Shown piece after piece: positions 51,791 to 63,870 of a DNA stretch of 63,870 nucleotides. The position numbers were made by a program, and so were the translations under genes. The stretch lies in assembly GCA_053919585.1 (NCBI GenBank), contig CM132820.1. One strand, given 5' to 3'. This DNA is from Euprymna scolopes (lineage: Eukaryota). How positions within the stretch are numbered: position 1 is the stretch's first letter; each line of letters opens with the position of its first letter. The notes beneath the pieces were generated by a model. That model worked only from the letters and a program-made list of their open reading frames with translations, searched no databases and was not told where the DNA came from.

Positions 51791-52961
51791 TCGATTCTTT
51801 TAAATTTTTAATTTAATTTTTCATTATTGGTACTAATTATAAATATTTATTATTTTTAAATTATCACTAAAACTAAAATGAGAATAACCTCAAAATACGA
51901 TGTAAATTTATTTTATTTGTAAAACAATTTTTTAAAATTGCATAAATTCTCTATGTAACATTTCAAAGAAAGCAGTTGCTTTACATGTTCTGAAAAATGT
52001 TGAAAAATTAAACAGCAACAGTCTTTGCAGCCCGTGGCGATCCTAAGATTTGCCCCCCCCCCGCATTTGATAATCTGTTAACCTTCAAAATTCCAAAAGC
52101 CCTCAAAATATTTATTTTCATGGAACTAATGTTAGACTGCAGCTATTAGTCCTAGATTTTCATCGTATTACAGTACTCGTCAAAGAAGACCAAAGATTTT
52201 TCAAAACAATTATATAATTTTCTTCGGATTAATGTTCACACAATTCCCTTCAGATTAATGTTTACATACTTATTATTATTGAAAATAAATTGTTAAATTA
52301 AATTAACTGGCTACGTAATTGTATACGTAGCCAGTTAATTTAACAATTTCTTTTCAATAATAATTGAATATTATTATAATAATAATTGAAATTTCTTGAC
52401 TTTACATTTTGGATCTTGATTTCACCGGCTTCCACGATGTCTTATCTAGGACTTCTTCGACTGACTTTCCCGACTGATTTTGTAACTACGAACTAACATC
52501 CTTGTATATGTGAAACTAATTATTTGTGATCATGTCATTTGCACGCCCACAAAGAGTCCTATCAGCCGACACGTATCTAGATATTATTGTTAACGCGCAT
52601 TCCTTTTTCTATTAAAACACATTTGCTTTTAGTCATCTAAAATCCCTTCTTGTTATTGTTTATAGAATCTAGTTAAGTTAAATTCCTAAAACGTCATTTA
52701 ATCATATTTATCCTTGGATTGTATTTTTCTCTTTAAAACAAATCTAATTCAATCTACACGATAATAATAATAAGCTTCTGGTTCAGATAATTCGGCAATA
52801 CTCTGGGTATGCTAATATGCAACACATGGATGCAATACTGTTATATAATAGTCTTATTATTATTTTTTTTGTTCTTGTTATTGTTATTGTTGTTATTAAA
52901 TCTTATTAAAAGTGAGTCTTAGAGTCTTAGAGAGTCTTATTAAGAGTTTGTTGTTGTGTCT

Positions 52962-53025
<64 letters not shown>

Positions 53026-54266
53026 TTGTAAGAGAGATTGTTCGTGTTATAAAGTGATTCATATATATAAAATGTTCATACTTAGAAGTGTAGAAGCTCT
53101 TTGAGTGTTGAGACATGGTGTATGTAAAGACATTTTAAAACACATGATATACAAGACATATAATGACAATTTACACTTTACCTTTTGGTAGAATTACAAC
53201 ACAAAGACGACGTTTATAAAAACACATGATGGGTTTATTTCTTCTCCCGACCGGTCGTGGTTTTCATAGTCAAGAATTCAAGTTTCACATTCTAAGTTTC
53301 AAAGGTGACCGTCTCGCTTCTAGACGTTCGAATCCCATGTCTGGACTGTCGTCTGTCGTCCTCAGACTCTCTCTCCGACTCTCCCTCAGTTTTCTCTCTG
53401 CTTAACTCTAAAGTTTCTAACTATATCGAGAACTTCCCATTTTCCATGACGTCATACACATGGTAAAACATGTGTCTTCTTTCACGTGTTCTGGAAATGC
53501 GTGTCCAAAACTTTTTCCTTTGTTTACAAAAGGAATTTTAACCTATCTATATTCCCAGTAATCTATATTTCCAATATGTTAAAAACATGTTTATTAAATT
53601 ATCTTATAGTTGCATTCTTCAATTGAATTTTCATAACAGAATTGAAAATGCACATTCTTTTCTTAAAACTATTTTATCTCTAAGCTAAACAGTGGTTTGT
53701 TTTTTACATTCCATTTGCTAATTCTCTCTCGTAATCTATTTCTAAACCTAAATTACGAGGTTCGAATTTCGTCTATTCTATTTCATTTTCATTTTAACTA
53801 AATCTCTCTATTTTTATACTTACATGAAATGGGGACAGCCCTTATCATGTAACAATACCACGGCGATGGGGCAGGGGCTGGAACTTGGGAGACAGTATGT
53901 GACCTATTAGAGACTCATTTTTGCCTCCTGTGTAAGAAGGAGAGAGACTAGTGATTGATGTACCAGCCTAAATGTAGCACAATACAATGCATTGACGAAT
54001 GGTGGCATAGGTTATTGTTGGGTGTGAGAAGTTTTGTTAGTCGAGTAAAGGGAGCCCACCTTTTTTGCAGCAGGTAATATATGTAATATATGTAATATAT
54101 GTGAAATATGTAATATATGTAATATATGTGAAAGTCTCTATAACGGAGGGATATAAACCGTGGATATATAAAATATTCTGTAATGTCTTTATACGTTTGG
54201 ATAACAAAAACTTTTGGGTGTATATAACGTTTAGTTTGTGTCCCTGTGTGTGTGTGTGTGTGTGTA

Positions 54267-54305
<39 letters not shown>

Positions 54306-54476
54306 AGGTGTTTTTTTATACATACAAACAGCATACCTTTTGTCATTGTGTTATCTCTTCTTCTAATAAACGCTGGACAAAATTGATAATTTCATAATAT
54401 TTTAAGCTTGTATAATTCTTTCGGAGTTGCAATGTTACGCAATGTTGCAATGTCTAGCTCTTTACGCCTCCTACAA

Positions 54477-54553
54477 TTAGGTTTGTGCAAAAATAATGTT
54501 TTTTGACGTTCAAAATGTATCTAAAAAACGACATTATTTTTGCACCAACCTAA
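54477..54553. mobile_element. Mariner-derived MITE, copy 2
   Basis: Same TIRs as 812-885. Confidence 0.8.
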
Positions 54554-54989
54554 AAGTATTAAGTGAGTTACCTTATTCCATATCCATCCCTGCCAAATGC
54601 CGATACTCGACCGTTCTTTTCAGTTCTAAACTCCACGTCTATATCTAAAACTATCTTTCTGATTTATTACGTCATCACCTGATAATTTTCACATAACTCT
54701 GGGTATTTTGGATGACAGGAGGGTTAAAATGTATCTTCAATGTAGATACAAGTAACGTCATTTTTGATATAGTGTACAATACAGTACAGGTATAAAATGG
54801 AGGTAAATTTATAAACTATGGTGTGTTCAGTATGTATAATAAAGTAAATAGATATATGGGCAGATTTCCAGCGAATATAATGAGGTTGTAAGTTTTAAGT
54901 ATGTTTCCACTTCTAATGAAGATATCTTCAACTTTCGTTTAAAAATAAGGAAGTTGTATTTTGCATTACAGAGTGTCGGTTCAGTTTTT

Positions 54990-55686
54990 GTATTTATCTG
55001 AAAGTACATCTTTTAAACTCCTCGGCCTAACGTTCACAGGAGACATGAGTTGGAACAATTACATTGAGAGAATTGTCAGGACCGCTACGAAAAATGTAGG
55101 TTCTATTTGCCGTGCTAGAAAGCTACTAACGCCCGAAAGTATCCTGCATCTCTATAAGCCCACCATTCGCCCATATATGGAGTATTGTTGCCATATTTGG
55201 CCTGGTGCATCTGCTACTAGTGTCTCACTCCTACTCACTCCTAGACAGGCTCAAAAGAGAGTCGCCAACCTGATAGGTCCTGAACTGTTATCAAAGCTTC
55301 AGCCTCTGTCCCATCAACGAAATGTAGCATCCCTCTGCCTGTACTTTAATGGTGAATGCTCTGACGAACTGCAAGCACTCGTAATCCCTCGATGTAAATA
55401 ACCTGACAAACCCGACAAGCAGCAAAATCCCACCACTTCACAGTAGAGATCCCTAGATGTAAGAGAGCCTTCTACTCCAGTAGTTTCTTCCCCAGAACCG
55501 CTGGACTTTGGAATTCTCTTCCGGGTTCCTGCTTTCCCAACTGTACTGACATGCAGAAGTTCAAGTGTAACGTGAACCGACATCTTGCTGCCCAACTCCC
55601 CACATAGTATCCCTGTAACTTATGTCCCTGATATTAGATTCCTACATCAAAGTGGCAAAGTTTGGGGTGAAAATGCAATAAAAAAC
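54990..55686 (+). mobile_element. CR1-like LINE 3' fragment, family 2
   Basis: FKLLGLTF, YKPTIRPYMEYCCHIW, LQPLSHQRNVASL; distinct 3' UTR. Confidence 0.85.
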
Positions 55687-56003
55687 AAACTGGAATTGGT
55701 TATTATGCCCACATTTCAAACTGGCCTCTTTATTCNNNNNNNNNNNNNNNNNNNNNNNNNNNNNNNNNNNNNNNNNNNNNNNNNNNNNNNNNNNNNNNNN
55801 NNNNNNNNNNNNNNNNNNNNNNNNNNNNNNNNNNNNNNNNNNNNNNNNNNNNNNNNNNNNNNNNNNNNNNAACCTAATAAAAACATTATTGTTAGAATAA
55901 AATTCCATTCTATTAAGTTAACATGCCTAAGTTATTGTTTATAAATATTTCATTTTAAAATAGCCCTTTATGTGATATCCCATTTATACTAATGAAACAC
56001 AAT

Positions 56004-56039
<36 letters not shown>

Positions 56040-56604
56040 CGACTAGTTTATTTTCCGCCGTTGCTCGGCACTAACAGCATAACACTTGGCATTATTGCAT
56101 AGATTTCGTCAAGGTTTACACAGAGGAGGGAAACAGACACACCCAGACATACGTGAAATGGTTACACAATTTTATTACAAACCTCGTCCATTGCTAGGTT
56201 CTAACCTGCAAATACACCTAATAGGTCATTGACTGTCTGTAGTTTTCTGAGCTAAGTTGTCAGGGGATGATAAATCGATTTTAGATTCGAAGAATGTCGA
56301 AGGGGCTGCTAAGGCCTTTTTCGCAGGCCAGGGTGTTCTTCCTCATAGCCACTGGCTCTTCAACTCAACTTTGCGACCCTTGTGTCACATCTTCAATAAC
56401 TCCTGTCAAAGAGATCCGTCTTCCATCTTAGTTTTCCAGTAAAATGAAGCCACCACAACAACCAAGGGAGATCACTGTAAGAACAGAACTGTTTATCTAG
56501 GAAATAGGGGTCAACTTAATACCATCGAGCAAAAGCAACGAATTAGTTCATTTTTTCCAAAAATCTATCTTAACAATGAGCTTTAATTATTTAATTATAA
56601 CTAT

Positions 56605-57066
56605 TTTTAATTCCATTTTCACCCCAAACAAGGCACAGTGCCACTTCGATGTAGGGGGCTACTATCGGGGACATAAGTTGCAGGGATACTATGTAGGGAG
56701 TTAGGCAGCAAGATGTCTGTTCACATTACACTTGAACTTCTGCATGCCAGTACAGTTGGGAAAGCAAGAACCCGGAAGGGAATTCCAAAGTCTAGCAATT
56801 TTGGCGAAGAAACTGTTAGACTAGAAGGTTTTCTTATATTTAGAGAGCTCTACTGTGTAGGGGTGGGATTTTGCTGATTGTCGGGTTTGTTGGGAGTATT
56901 TACGTCGAGGGGGTACAAGGATTTGTAGTTCGTCAGAGAATTCACCATTAAAATATTTGTAGAACAGGCAGAGGGATGCAACATTACGTCGACGTGACAG
57001 TGGTTGAAGCTTCGATGACAGTTTAGGACCTATCAGGTTGGCGACTCTCTTTTGAACCTTGTCCGG
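56605..57066 (-). mobile_element. CR1-like LINE 3' fragment, family 2
   Basis: DKVQKRVANLIG..LQPLSRRRNVASLCLFYKYFNG; 3' UTR matches 55590-55686. Confidence 0.85.
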
Positions 57067-58013
57067 GAACGAGAGTCTAGTAGACCTTCTATAATAGTTA
57101 GGAATCCATTTTTGAATGACTGGTTTTGTTAAATAACTACTACTTTTTCTTTTCTTTCGCTCAAAATCAGGAAACATTTTGAAATGTTTTCTCTGTCCTC
57201 ATTGGTGATCGATTGCTTAATTAAACCTTAAGATGGATTGCATTGTTCCCATTTTATACTTCGTTTAATTTTAACTGCTGGAGATTATAATTTCTGCCAC
57301 TCAATGGTTATAATCGCATTCGAAGAAATCAGATGTGATTTCGTTTTGCTTCTTATTTCGCTGTCATTTTTATGCTTCATCCAACTGAGAAGCAAATTGG
57401 AAACTGATGAAACTCGCAGACAAATTCATAATAAAAATTTATTTCTTGCAAATGAATTCTAATGATGTTCGCCATTCTAAAGATGTCCGTCCGTTTGCTG
57501 TTCCCTATTTAATTGCCTTCTTCATGTCGACAGAGTCGCTTCAGACAACGCATAAAGCCACTTGATGTAATGAGCTGAAAAAGTGAAAGTGATAATACTT
57601 CACGGTAAAAACTTGCCAACAATAAGTTTTAGATGGATAGACTCCAACCCCAAAAACAACAATTCTTCCCCTTTATTCGTTCGTACATATAACATGAGTA
57701 TTAAAAATAATAAAAAAAAAACATAACATATTTATAACTTATATTTATATATATATATTTATTTATATATTTATTTATATATTTATTTATAACATATATT
57801 TATAACATGAGTATTAAAAATAAAAAAAAAATAACATATTTATAACTTATATTTATATATATATATTTATTTATATATTTATTTATATATTTATTTATAA
57901 CATATATTTATAACATGAGTATTAAAAAAAAAACAATAAAACAAATCAAGAATTACGAGGTTGTCAAAAGTAAACTTCAAAGTTCATTTACAAGGTCGGT
58001 TTTAAAAAAACCG

Positions 58014-58390
58014 ACCAGTGAAAAAATGTTGGTCAGTGAAAAAATGTTGGCCAGTGAAAAAATGTTGGTCAGTGAAAAAATGTTAGTCAGTGAAAAAATG
58101 TTGGCCAGTGAAAAAATGTTGGCTAGTGCAAAAATGTTGGCCAGTGAAAAAATGTTGGTCAGTGCAAAAATGTTGGCCAGTGCAAAAATGTTGGTCAGTG
58201 CAAAAATGTTGGCCAGTGCAAAAATGTTGGCCAGTGAAAAAATGTTGATCAGTGCAAAAATGTTGGCCAGTGCAAAAATGTTGGCCAGTGCAAAAATGTT
58301 GGCCAGTGAAAAAATGTTGGTCAGTGCAAAAATGTTGGCCAGTGAAAAAATGTTGGTCAGTGAAAAAATGTTGGGCAGTGAAAAAAAATG
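58014..58390. repeat. 18-bp minisatellite (CAGTG[A/C]AAAAATGTTGG[C/T]), ~20 copies
   Basis: Directly visible; source of the SEKMLV/SAKMLA ORF. Confidence 0.9.
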
Positions 58391-59013
58391 CTGGAAAAAT
58401 TTTGTATGGGCATTAAAAATAATTTTTCTTGTTTTTCTTATGGGAATAATTTCGAGTTAAAATTTAGTATTAAGCATGCAACTTGAGAAAACACGCTTAG
58501 TATTTTTATTAAGATTATGTGAATAATCAAAATCCAAACAAGATGTTAAGCAGCATTTGACCCGAGGTTATTTTGCTTATTGTAAATAATTTGCCAGCGG
58601 AAAATAATTTGGAGTTTAACAATTATTTGGGATTTCCCTTATTTNNNNNNNNNNNNNNNNNNNNNNNNNNNNNNNNNNNNNNNNNNNNNNNNNNNNNNNN
58701 NNNNNNNNNNNNNNNNNNNNNNNNNNNNNNNNNNNNNNNNNNNNNNNNNNNNNNNNNNNNNNNNNNNNNNNNNNNNNNNNNNNNNNNNNNNNNNNNNNNN
58801 NNNNNNNNNNNNNNNNNNNNNNNNNNNNNNNNNNNNNNNNNNNNNNNNNNNNNNNNNNNNNNNNNNNNNNNNNNNNNNNNNNNNNNNNNNNNNNNNNNNN
58901 NNNNNNNNNNNNNNNNNNNNNNNNNNNNNNNNNNNNNNNNNNNNNNNNNNNNNNNNNNNNNNNNNNNNNNNNNNNNNNNNNNNNNNNNNNNNNNNNNNNN
59001 NNNNNNNNNNNNN

Positions 59014-59550
59014 ACATACACACATGCATACAGACATACATGAATACATACTTGCATACATACACACATGCATACACACATACATGAATACATACTTGCA
59101 TACATACGCACATGCATACACACATACANNNNNNNNNNNNNNNNNNNNNNNNNNNNNNNNNNNNNNNNNNNNNNNNNNNNNNNNNNNNNNNNNNNNNNNN
59201 NNNNNNNNNNNNNNNNNNNNNNNNNNNNNNNNNNNNNNNNNNNNNNNNNNNNNNNNNNNNNNNNNNNNNNNNNNNATACATGCGCACATACATACACACA
59301 TACANNNNNNNNNNNNNNNNNNNNNNNNNNNNNNNNNNNNNNNNNNNNNNNNNNNNNNNNNNNNNNNNNNNNNNNNNNNNNNNNNNNNNNNNNNNNNNNN
59401 NNNNNNNNNNNNNNNNNNNNNNNNNNNNNNNNNNNNNNNNNNNNNNNNNNNNNNNNNNNNNNNNNNNNNNNNNNNNNNNNNNNNNNNNNNNNNNNATACA
59501 TGCGCACATACATACACACATACATGAATGCATACATGCATACACGCATA
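59014..59550. repeat. (CATA/CA)n-rich compound microsatellite interrupted by assembly gaps
   Basis: Directly visible. Confidence 0.85.
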
Positions 59551-59576
59551 TCTCTACTATTATATAAAAATCCCTC

Positions 59577-59614
<38 letters not shown>

Positions 59615-60151
59615 TTCCTTCCTCATAGGTTCCGAAACGGCTGAGCCTATCTTTTTCAAATATCACACAAAGCTAATTTATATGTCTTGCAGTGTTCTTA
59701 GATAGTTTTTATACAGAAATTCATACGATAAGTATAGAAAATCGAAAAAATCCGATCTTAAAAATAGTCTTTCTCTTATAGATAAAAAAGAATTGTTACC
59801 ATGGAATATTTTACGTAACACCGGAGTAACCTTGGTCGATGTAACGTAAAATATTCCCATGTAAAAATTCTTTTTTATATCTGTAAGAGAAAAAGACTAT
59901 TTTTAAGATCGTCAAGCCCTGACGTGATATTGTAAACAAACATAGAAGGAATTTGATGAACGACATTATCATTATTACTTTTTTATTTATTTATTTTTTT
60001 TTTTGGCGAATTAGTCCATTGGGTAAATTACTCCTCATAATATATAACAATCAGTAGAGAATTAATTCTATAATAATTCATATGCGATCTGCATACATTA
60101 AAATATGTTTAAGCATATTGTATGACCAGGCAATGACGGGCGGCTAGCTAG
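59551..60151 (+). mobile_element. Non-autonomous Helitron
   Basis: A|TCTCTACTATTATATAAAA start, (GT)n, internal inverted repeat, CCAGGCAATGACGGG..CTAG|T end. Confidence 0.7.
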
Positions 60152-60154
60152 TAC

Positions 60155-60349
60155 TGGTGGACAAATGTTTGTTTAAATAGACATTTGGCAAGATAATTTA
60201 CGGGCGCCGCTCCTGTAGGTCGGTCGGTAGAGCTGCTGACTGTTAAACGCTATGGTTCTAAGTTCTTCAATCCTCGTCTTGGAAGAGGTGCTAGTCTAGC
60301 GGCCCTGATGAGTTATGATACAACGAAAGAGGACTGTATGTCGATGACT

Positions 60350-60354
<5 letters not shown>
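60155..60354 (+). ncRNA. Family B tRNA-headed hammerhead element
   Basis: tRNA-like 60209-60285 (TAGGTCGGTCGGTAGAGC, GACTGTTAA loop, degenerate B box); HHR 60292-60350 CGGCC-CTGATGA-GTT..AAC-GAAA-GAGGACTG-TA-TGTCG; followed by (TA)n. Confidence 0.7.
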
Positions 60355-60416
<62 letters not shown>

Positions 60417-60875
60417 TACAAGCATGTTTACATGCATGCATTCTTACGTACATACATTGATAGATAGATATTTTCCAGATTATATTTTACGCGAACGCCA
60501 TTTAAAAAAAAAACTATCCAAAGGTCAATGAGTATCAAACATTTCGGGTGATTCTGGCATTTAGTTTATTTTTTATTTGTTAATCACACGTGTGCGAGCA
60601 TTTTAAAAATGGCCACTACATGAGAACATTGTTTTGATTCGACGATAATTTAAACACGATATTAGTTTCTCGTTTTTCATTATTTTCACACGCTGAAAAA
60701 AAAAAAAAATCAAGAATGATCTCCCAGCTTTGAAAAGGTGTGACTTTTCCTCCAATCTTCAATAAAAAAAAGTGTTTTTTTTTTTCATTTGAATGGTACA
60801 AAAGTTATGACTATAATATTAATCAAGAGGGGAATTCTATAGTTTACTTGGGAGGTCCCTATGTAGTTATATCTA

Positions 60876-61119
60876 TGTCAGAATATGGATTAGTGTTGAG
60901 AAGACTTGAAGCACTTACCTGCGACTCTCAGGAAGAGTGGCAGCAAAAACCTTTTGTGTGGGCGATGCCTCTTTTTATATTGGTAGATGTTACATTTAAC
61001 TTATTTGATTGGCTAACTGGATTATAAGAGGGGTGGAGTGAACTGAATTTTGGTGGTGATTTCAGTTTGGGATTGGAGTTGAAGGAAATTGAATCGTTAC
61101 CCTTATTACCAGACCGACA
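60876..61119. repeat. Putative LTR of the BEL/Pao element
   Basis: TGTCAG...CCGACA termini ~170 bp upstream of gag; no TSD; second LTR outside the window. Confidence 0.5.
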
Positions 61120-61287
61120 AGGTTCTACAATTTTTACCTAGTCACAGGTCGCAACAAACCATTGTTGCAAAATCCTTGTTAACCTCTACCTTTCAGTGGA
61201 GAAATTTTCCACACTTTGCAACATTGATCTGCAGACCTTGTGCATTTTTTTTTCCCCCTTTTTTTCTTCTGTTATTTTTTTATTATT

Positions 61288-62013
61288 ATGGCCGCGGAAC
61301 AAATGTCTTCCCTTGAGGATTCCTTAGGAATGCAAGAAAAACCGGATCACCTTCTTGAGGCCCTTTTGGATACGGAGGAAAGATATAAAAACATTATCGG
61401 ATACACATTAGAAAAATTAAAGAAAGGAGTCGCAGTGGATGCATGTGCCTTGAAGAACACCACAGACAACATAAACGAGTGGCTTTCTAAAGTAGACCAA
61501 GTTCAGGAAAACTTGGTTAAATTCCTTCCTAGAGATAGGGTGGCACCGCATGCTTATGACCTTATCAAATTCAAAGAGGAGGTGAAAAGAGATTTACAAA
61601 ACTTAACTGCAGAGGTTCACAAGGATGATTCTCCTCCCTTCATGCTCCCAAATGTAATGCAGCCATCTCAAGTTGACACCTCTATGTTTAAGCCTAAGGT
61701 CAAATGCCCTAGTTTTGATGGCCTGGACTTTGAGAACAAATTTGCATTGAGAGATTTTCTCACTAGGTTTGACTATTGCACTTCGGGATTAAAATCAAGG
61801 AGAGAAAAATTAACCTACCTCAAGACTTGTGTTACGGGACGTCCGTTTCGGCTAATACATCATCTAGAGGAGACATCCAATAATTATGATGCCGCAATAA
61901 AAATTCTTAAGGATAATTATTGGGATGAAGAGGGCATTAGAGAGGAGATATTCTCTAGCCTATTCAAACTGTCCACCCGAGGCAGGTATGATATTGAATA
62001 CCAGTTTGGGTGA
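61288..62013 (+). CDS. BEL/Pao gag (DUF1759-like), C-terminally truncated
   Basis: KVKCPSFDG, FLTRFD, EKLTYLKTCVTG, NYDAAIKILKDNY; no zinc knuckles before the stop. Confidence 0.8.
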   Translation: MAAEQMSSLEDSLGMQEKPDHLLEALLDTEERYKNIIGYTLEKLKKGVAVDACALKNTTDNINEWLSKVDQVQENLVKFLPRDRVAPHAYDLIKFKEEVKRDLQNLTAEVHKDDSPPFMLPNVMQPSQVDTSMFKPKVKCPSFDGLDFENKFALRDFLTRFDYCTSGLKSRREKLTYLKTCVTGRPFRLIHHLEETSNNYDAAIKILKDNYWDEEGIREEIFSSLFKLSTRGRYDIEYQFG

Positions 62014-63870
62014 GCAGCAGTGTATTTTGCCGATTACTACCATCGTACTACAAAGAGGGGACAAAGCTGTGAAGCTGCGATGTTTGATAGACACGGGCAG
62101 TCAAAATTCGTACTTTAGTGGAAGAATTTTGCAGGATCTGGCTTGTGACCCAAGATCTGTCTCAGAGGTAAACCTTGAGATTGTGACGTTTCTAGGAAGG
62201 AAAACCTGCAATTTTCAGCGACTTACCACAACAGTGGAGTTGACGCCAGGGGTAAAGCGGCAGCTACCTATCCTTATTGACAAGGAATTAGACATCATTC
62301 ATACAGTGGAGCATTTGCCGATTGTGGTCGAGAACCTTACGAAATTGGATTACACCCTGGATACAGATTTAGGAAGAAATGCCAATATAACTTTGGAAGG
62401 GTTAATAGGGGTAGACCTGTTACAATTTATGGAACCCCTACAAATGATAAAATGTATGAATGGGAAAGCTTGGCTTTCCCCACGAGGAGTGATACCTTTT
62501 GGGGATCCCAGGAATTTCATGTTTCCTCACCAAATTAAAACGATCCAACGCAAGGTTCCAGTTTATGGAGAAGTCATGAGAACTGTTAAGTGTCCGACCT
62601 CCATTGTTAATAGTGTTCTTGACGTGTGTTCTTCTTATTCGGACCCCTATAAAGAAACTTTTGAGGACAGTACTGTAGAAAGAGGTCTGGAGTGGATTTA
62701 CAGTGTGGAGTCTTTGGGGCTATCAGAGAATGATACCTTGTCCGACTATGATGCCCAGAAGGTAGAGGAGTTTATGAGAAATATAGAGTTTAAGGAGGGA
62801 CGGTACTGGGTGCAGTTACCGTGGCACACTGATAAATTAGCTCAGGTGCGCTCTAATCACCAAGTAGCCCTCAAGGTGTTAGATAGGGTGGTACACACTC
62901 TGGAAATGAAGGGCCTCTATGAGGAATATTTAGAGGTTTTTGCCGAACAAGAGGCAGAGGGCATAATAGAACCCTTTCATTGTTCACCTAAACAGTTCCA
63001 TAAACATGTTTGGATCCCTCATCGACCAGTCTTTAAATCCGAGAGCATAGCAACTACTAAAATGCGACCAGTCTTCAACTGTTCATTGAAGGTCAAGGGA
63101 GGAGTATCCTTAAACGAGGCTGCATACCCAGGGGTAAATTTAACCGGAAACATGTTAAATCTAACTCTACTCTTTCGGACAAATAGATATACATTATTGG
63201 GAGACATCAGGAAGGCATTTCTGATGATTAGATTATCAAAGCAATCTGATAGAAATAAGTTTTGCTTCTTTCTAAAACGGGATGATCGTCTGGTATGTTA
63301 CCGTTATACGACCATCATCTTCGGCTTTAACGCAAGCCCTTTTATATTGAACTGCATATTGAAGTATCATGCATCGAGATTTCCAGTTGATGATTGCACC
63401 AAACTGTTGAATTCAAATTTTTATGTTGACAATCTGGTCAGTACGAATAATTCGGAAGGTGTGTTGAGAAAACTATATCATGAAATAAAGGAAAGATTGA
63501 AGAAAGGAGGATTTGATCTTCGATCATGTAACACCAATTGCCCAAAGCTACAGGAATTGATGAGGAAGGATAGGACTTTGACAACTCACAGTTGTCCATG
63601 GGAAAAGGTTCTGGGTTACAGATATGACCCAGAGTCGGACTCCATCAGCCTAGTCCAGCGAACTTGTGACCCCAACTTAGCAACAAAACGTCAAATACTA
63701 TCAGCCACATCCAGTGTATTTGACCCATTGTCTTTATGTCTCCCAGTCACCATTCAAAGTCGCATATTGGTGGGAGAAATGTGGAAGGCTAATATTGATT
63801 GGGATGATCCCATTCCAAAGGAAATGCAGGAAAGGTGGAGATTACTAGCTAGTGATTTGTCGGTACTTCA
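61982..63870 (+). CDS. BEL/Pao pol (protease, RT, start of RNase H), open to window end
   Basis: Hand translation of frame 2 has no stop: LIDTGSQ, WIPHRPV..TTKMRPVFN, DIRKAFL, FGFNASPF, FYVDN, KVLG, TKRQILS..FDPL. Missing from the ORF track because it has no stop in the window. Confidence 0.92.

Noticed and set aside
53024-53853. Solo LTR candidates (also ~5960-6310 and ~29780-30200)
   Set aside because: TG..CA-like ends and LTR-like composition, but no TSD or second copy could be confirmed
57915-58460. 181-aa SEKMLV-repeat protein
   Set aside because: Open frame produced by an 18-bp minisatellite; flanks are AT-rich duplications; no domain support
58573-59666. Long ORFs with X runs (also at 22.8, 25.2, 35.5, 46.7, 49.1 and 55.7 kb)
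   Set aside because: Artefacts of N gaps and microsatellites

Overview
AT-rich, gap-containing eukaryotic DNA, probably from an invertebrate animal, made almost entirely of transposable elements and simple repeats. No host gene is recognisable. Contents: decayed RTE, R4/Dong-like and CR1(Zenon-like) LINEs; three Penelope-like element (PLE) fragments, one with an open RT-to-GIY-YIG frame (38.8-40.3 kb); Tc1, mariner, Tigger and hAT-like DNA elements and MITEs; many non-autonomous Helitrons; a 3.2-kb 36-bp satellite; and a BEL/Pao LTR element running off the right end. The main hidden signal is RNA. About 20 type I hammerhead ribozyme (HHR) motifs, intact or degenerate, were read by eye. Several belong to a ~350-nt non-coding unit that joins a tRNA-derived Pol III promoter to an HHR. 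It occurs as a partial tandem, lacks Pol III terminators on its sense strand, and in two places a tRNA-HHR unit is fused to PLE RT coding sequence. This looks like a SINE-retrozyme hybrid mobilised by PLEs. All calls are by eye; no alignments or database searches were run.
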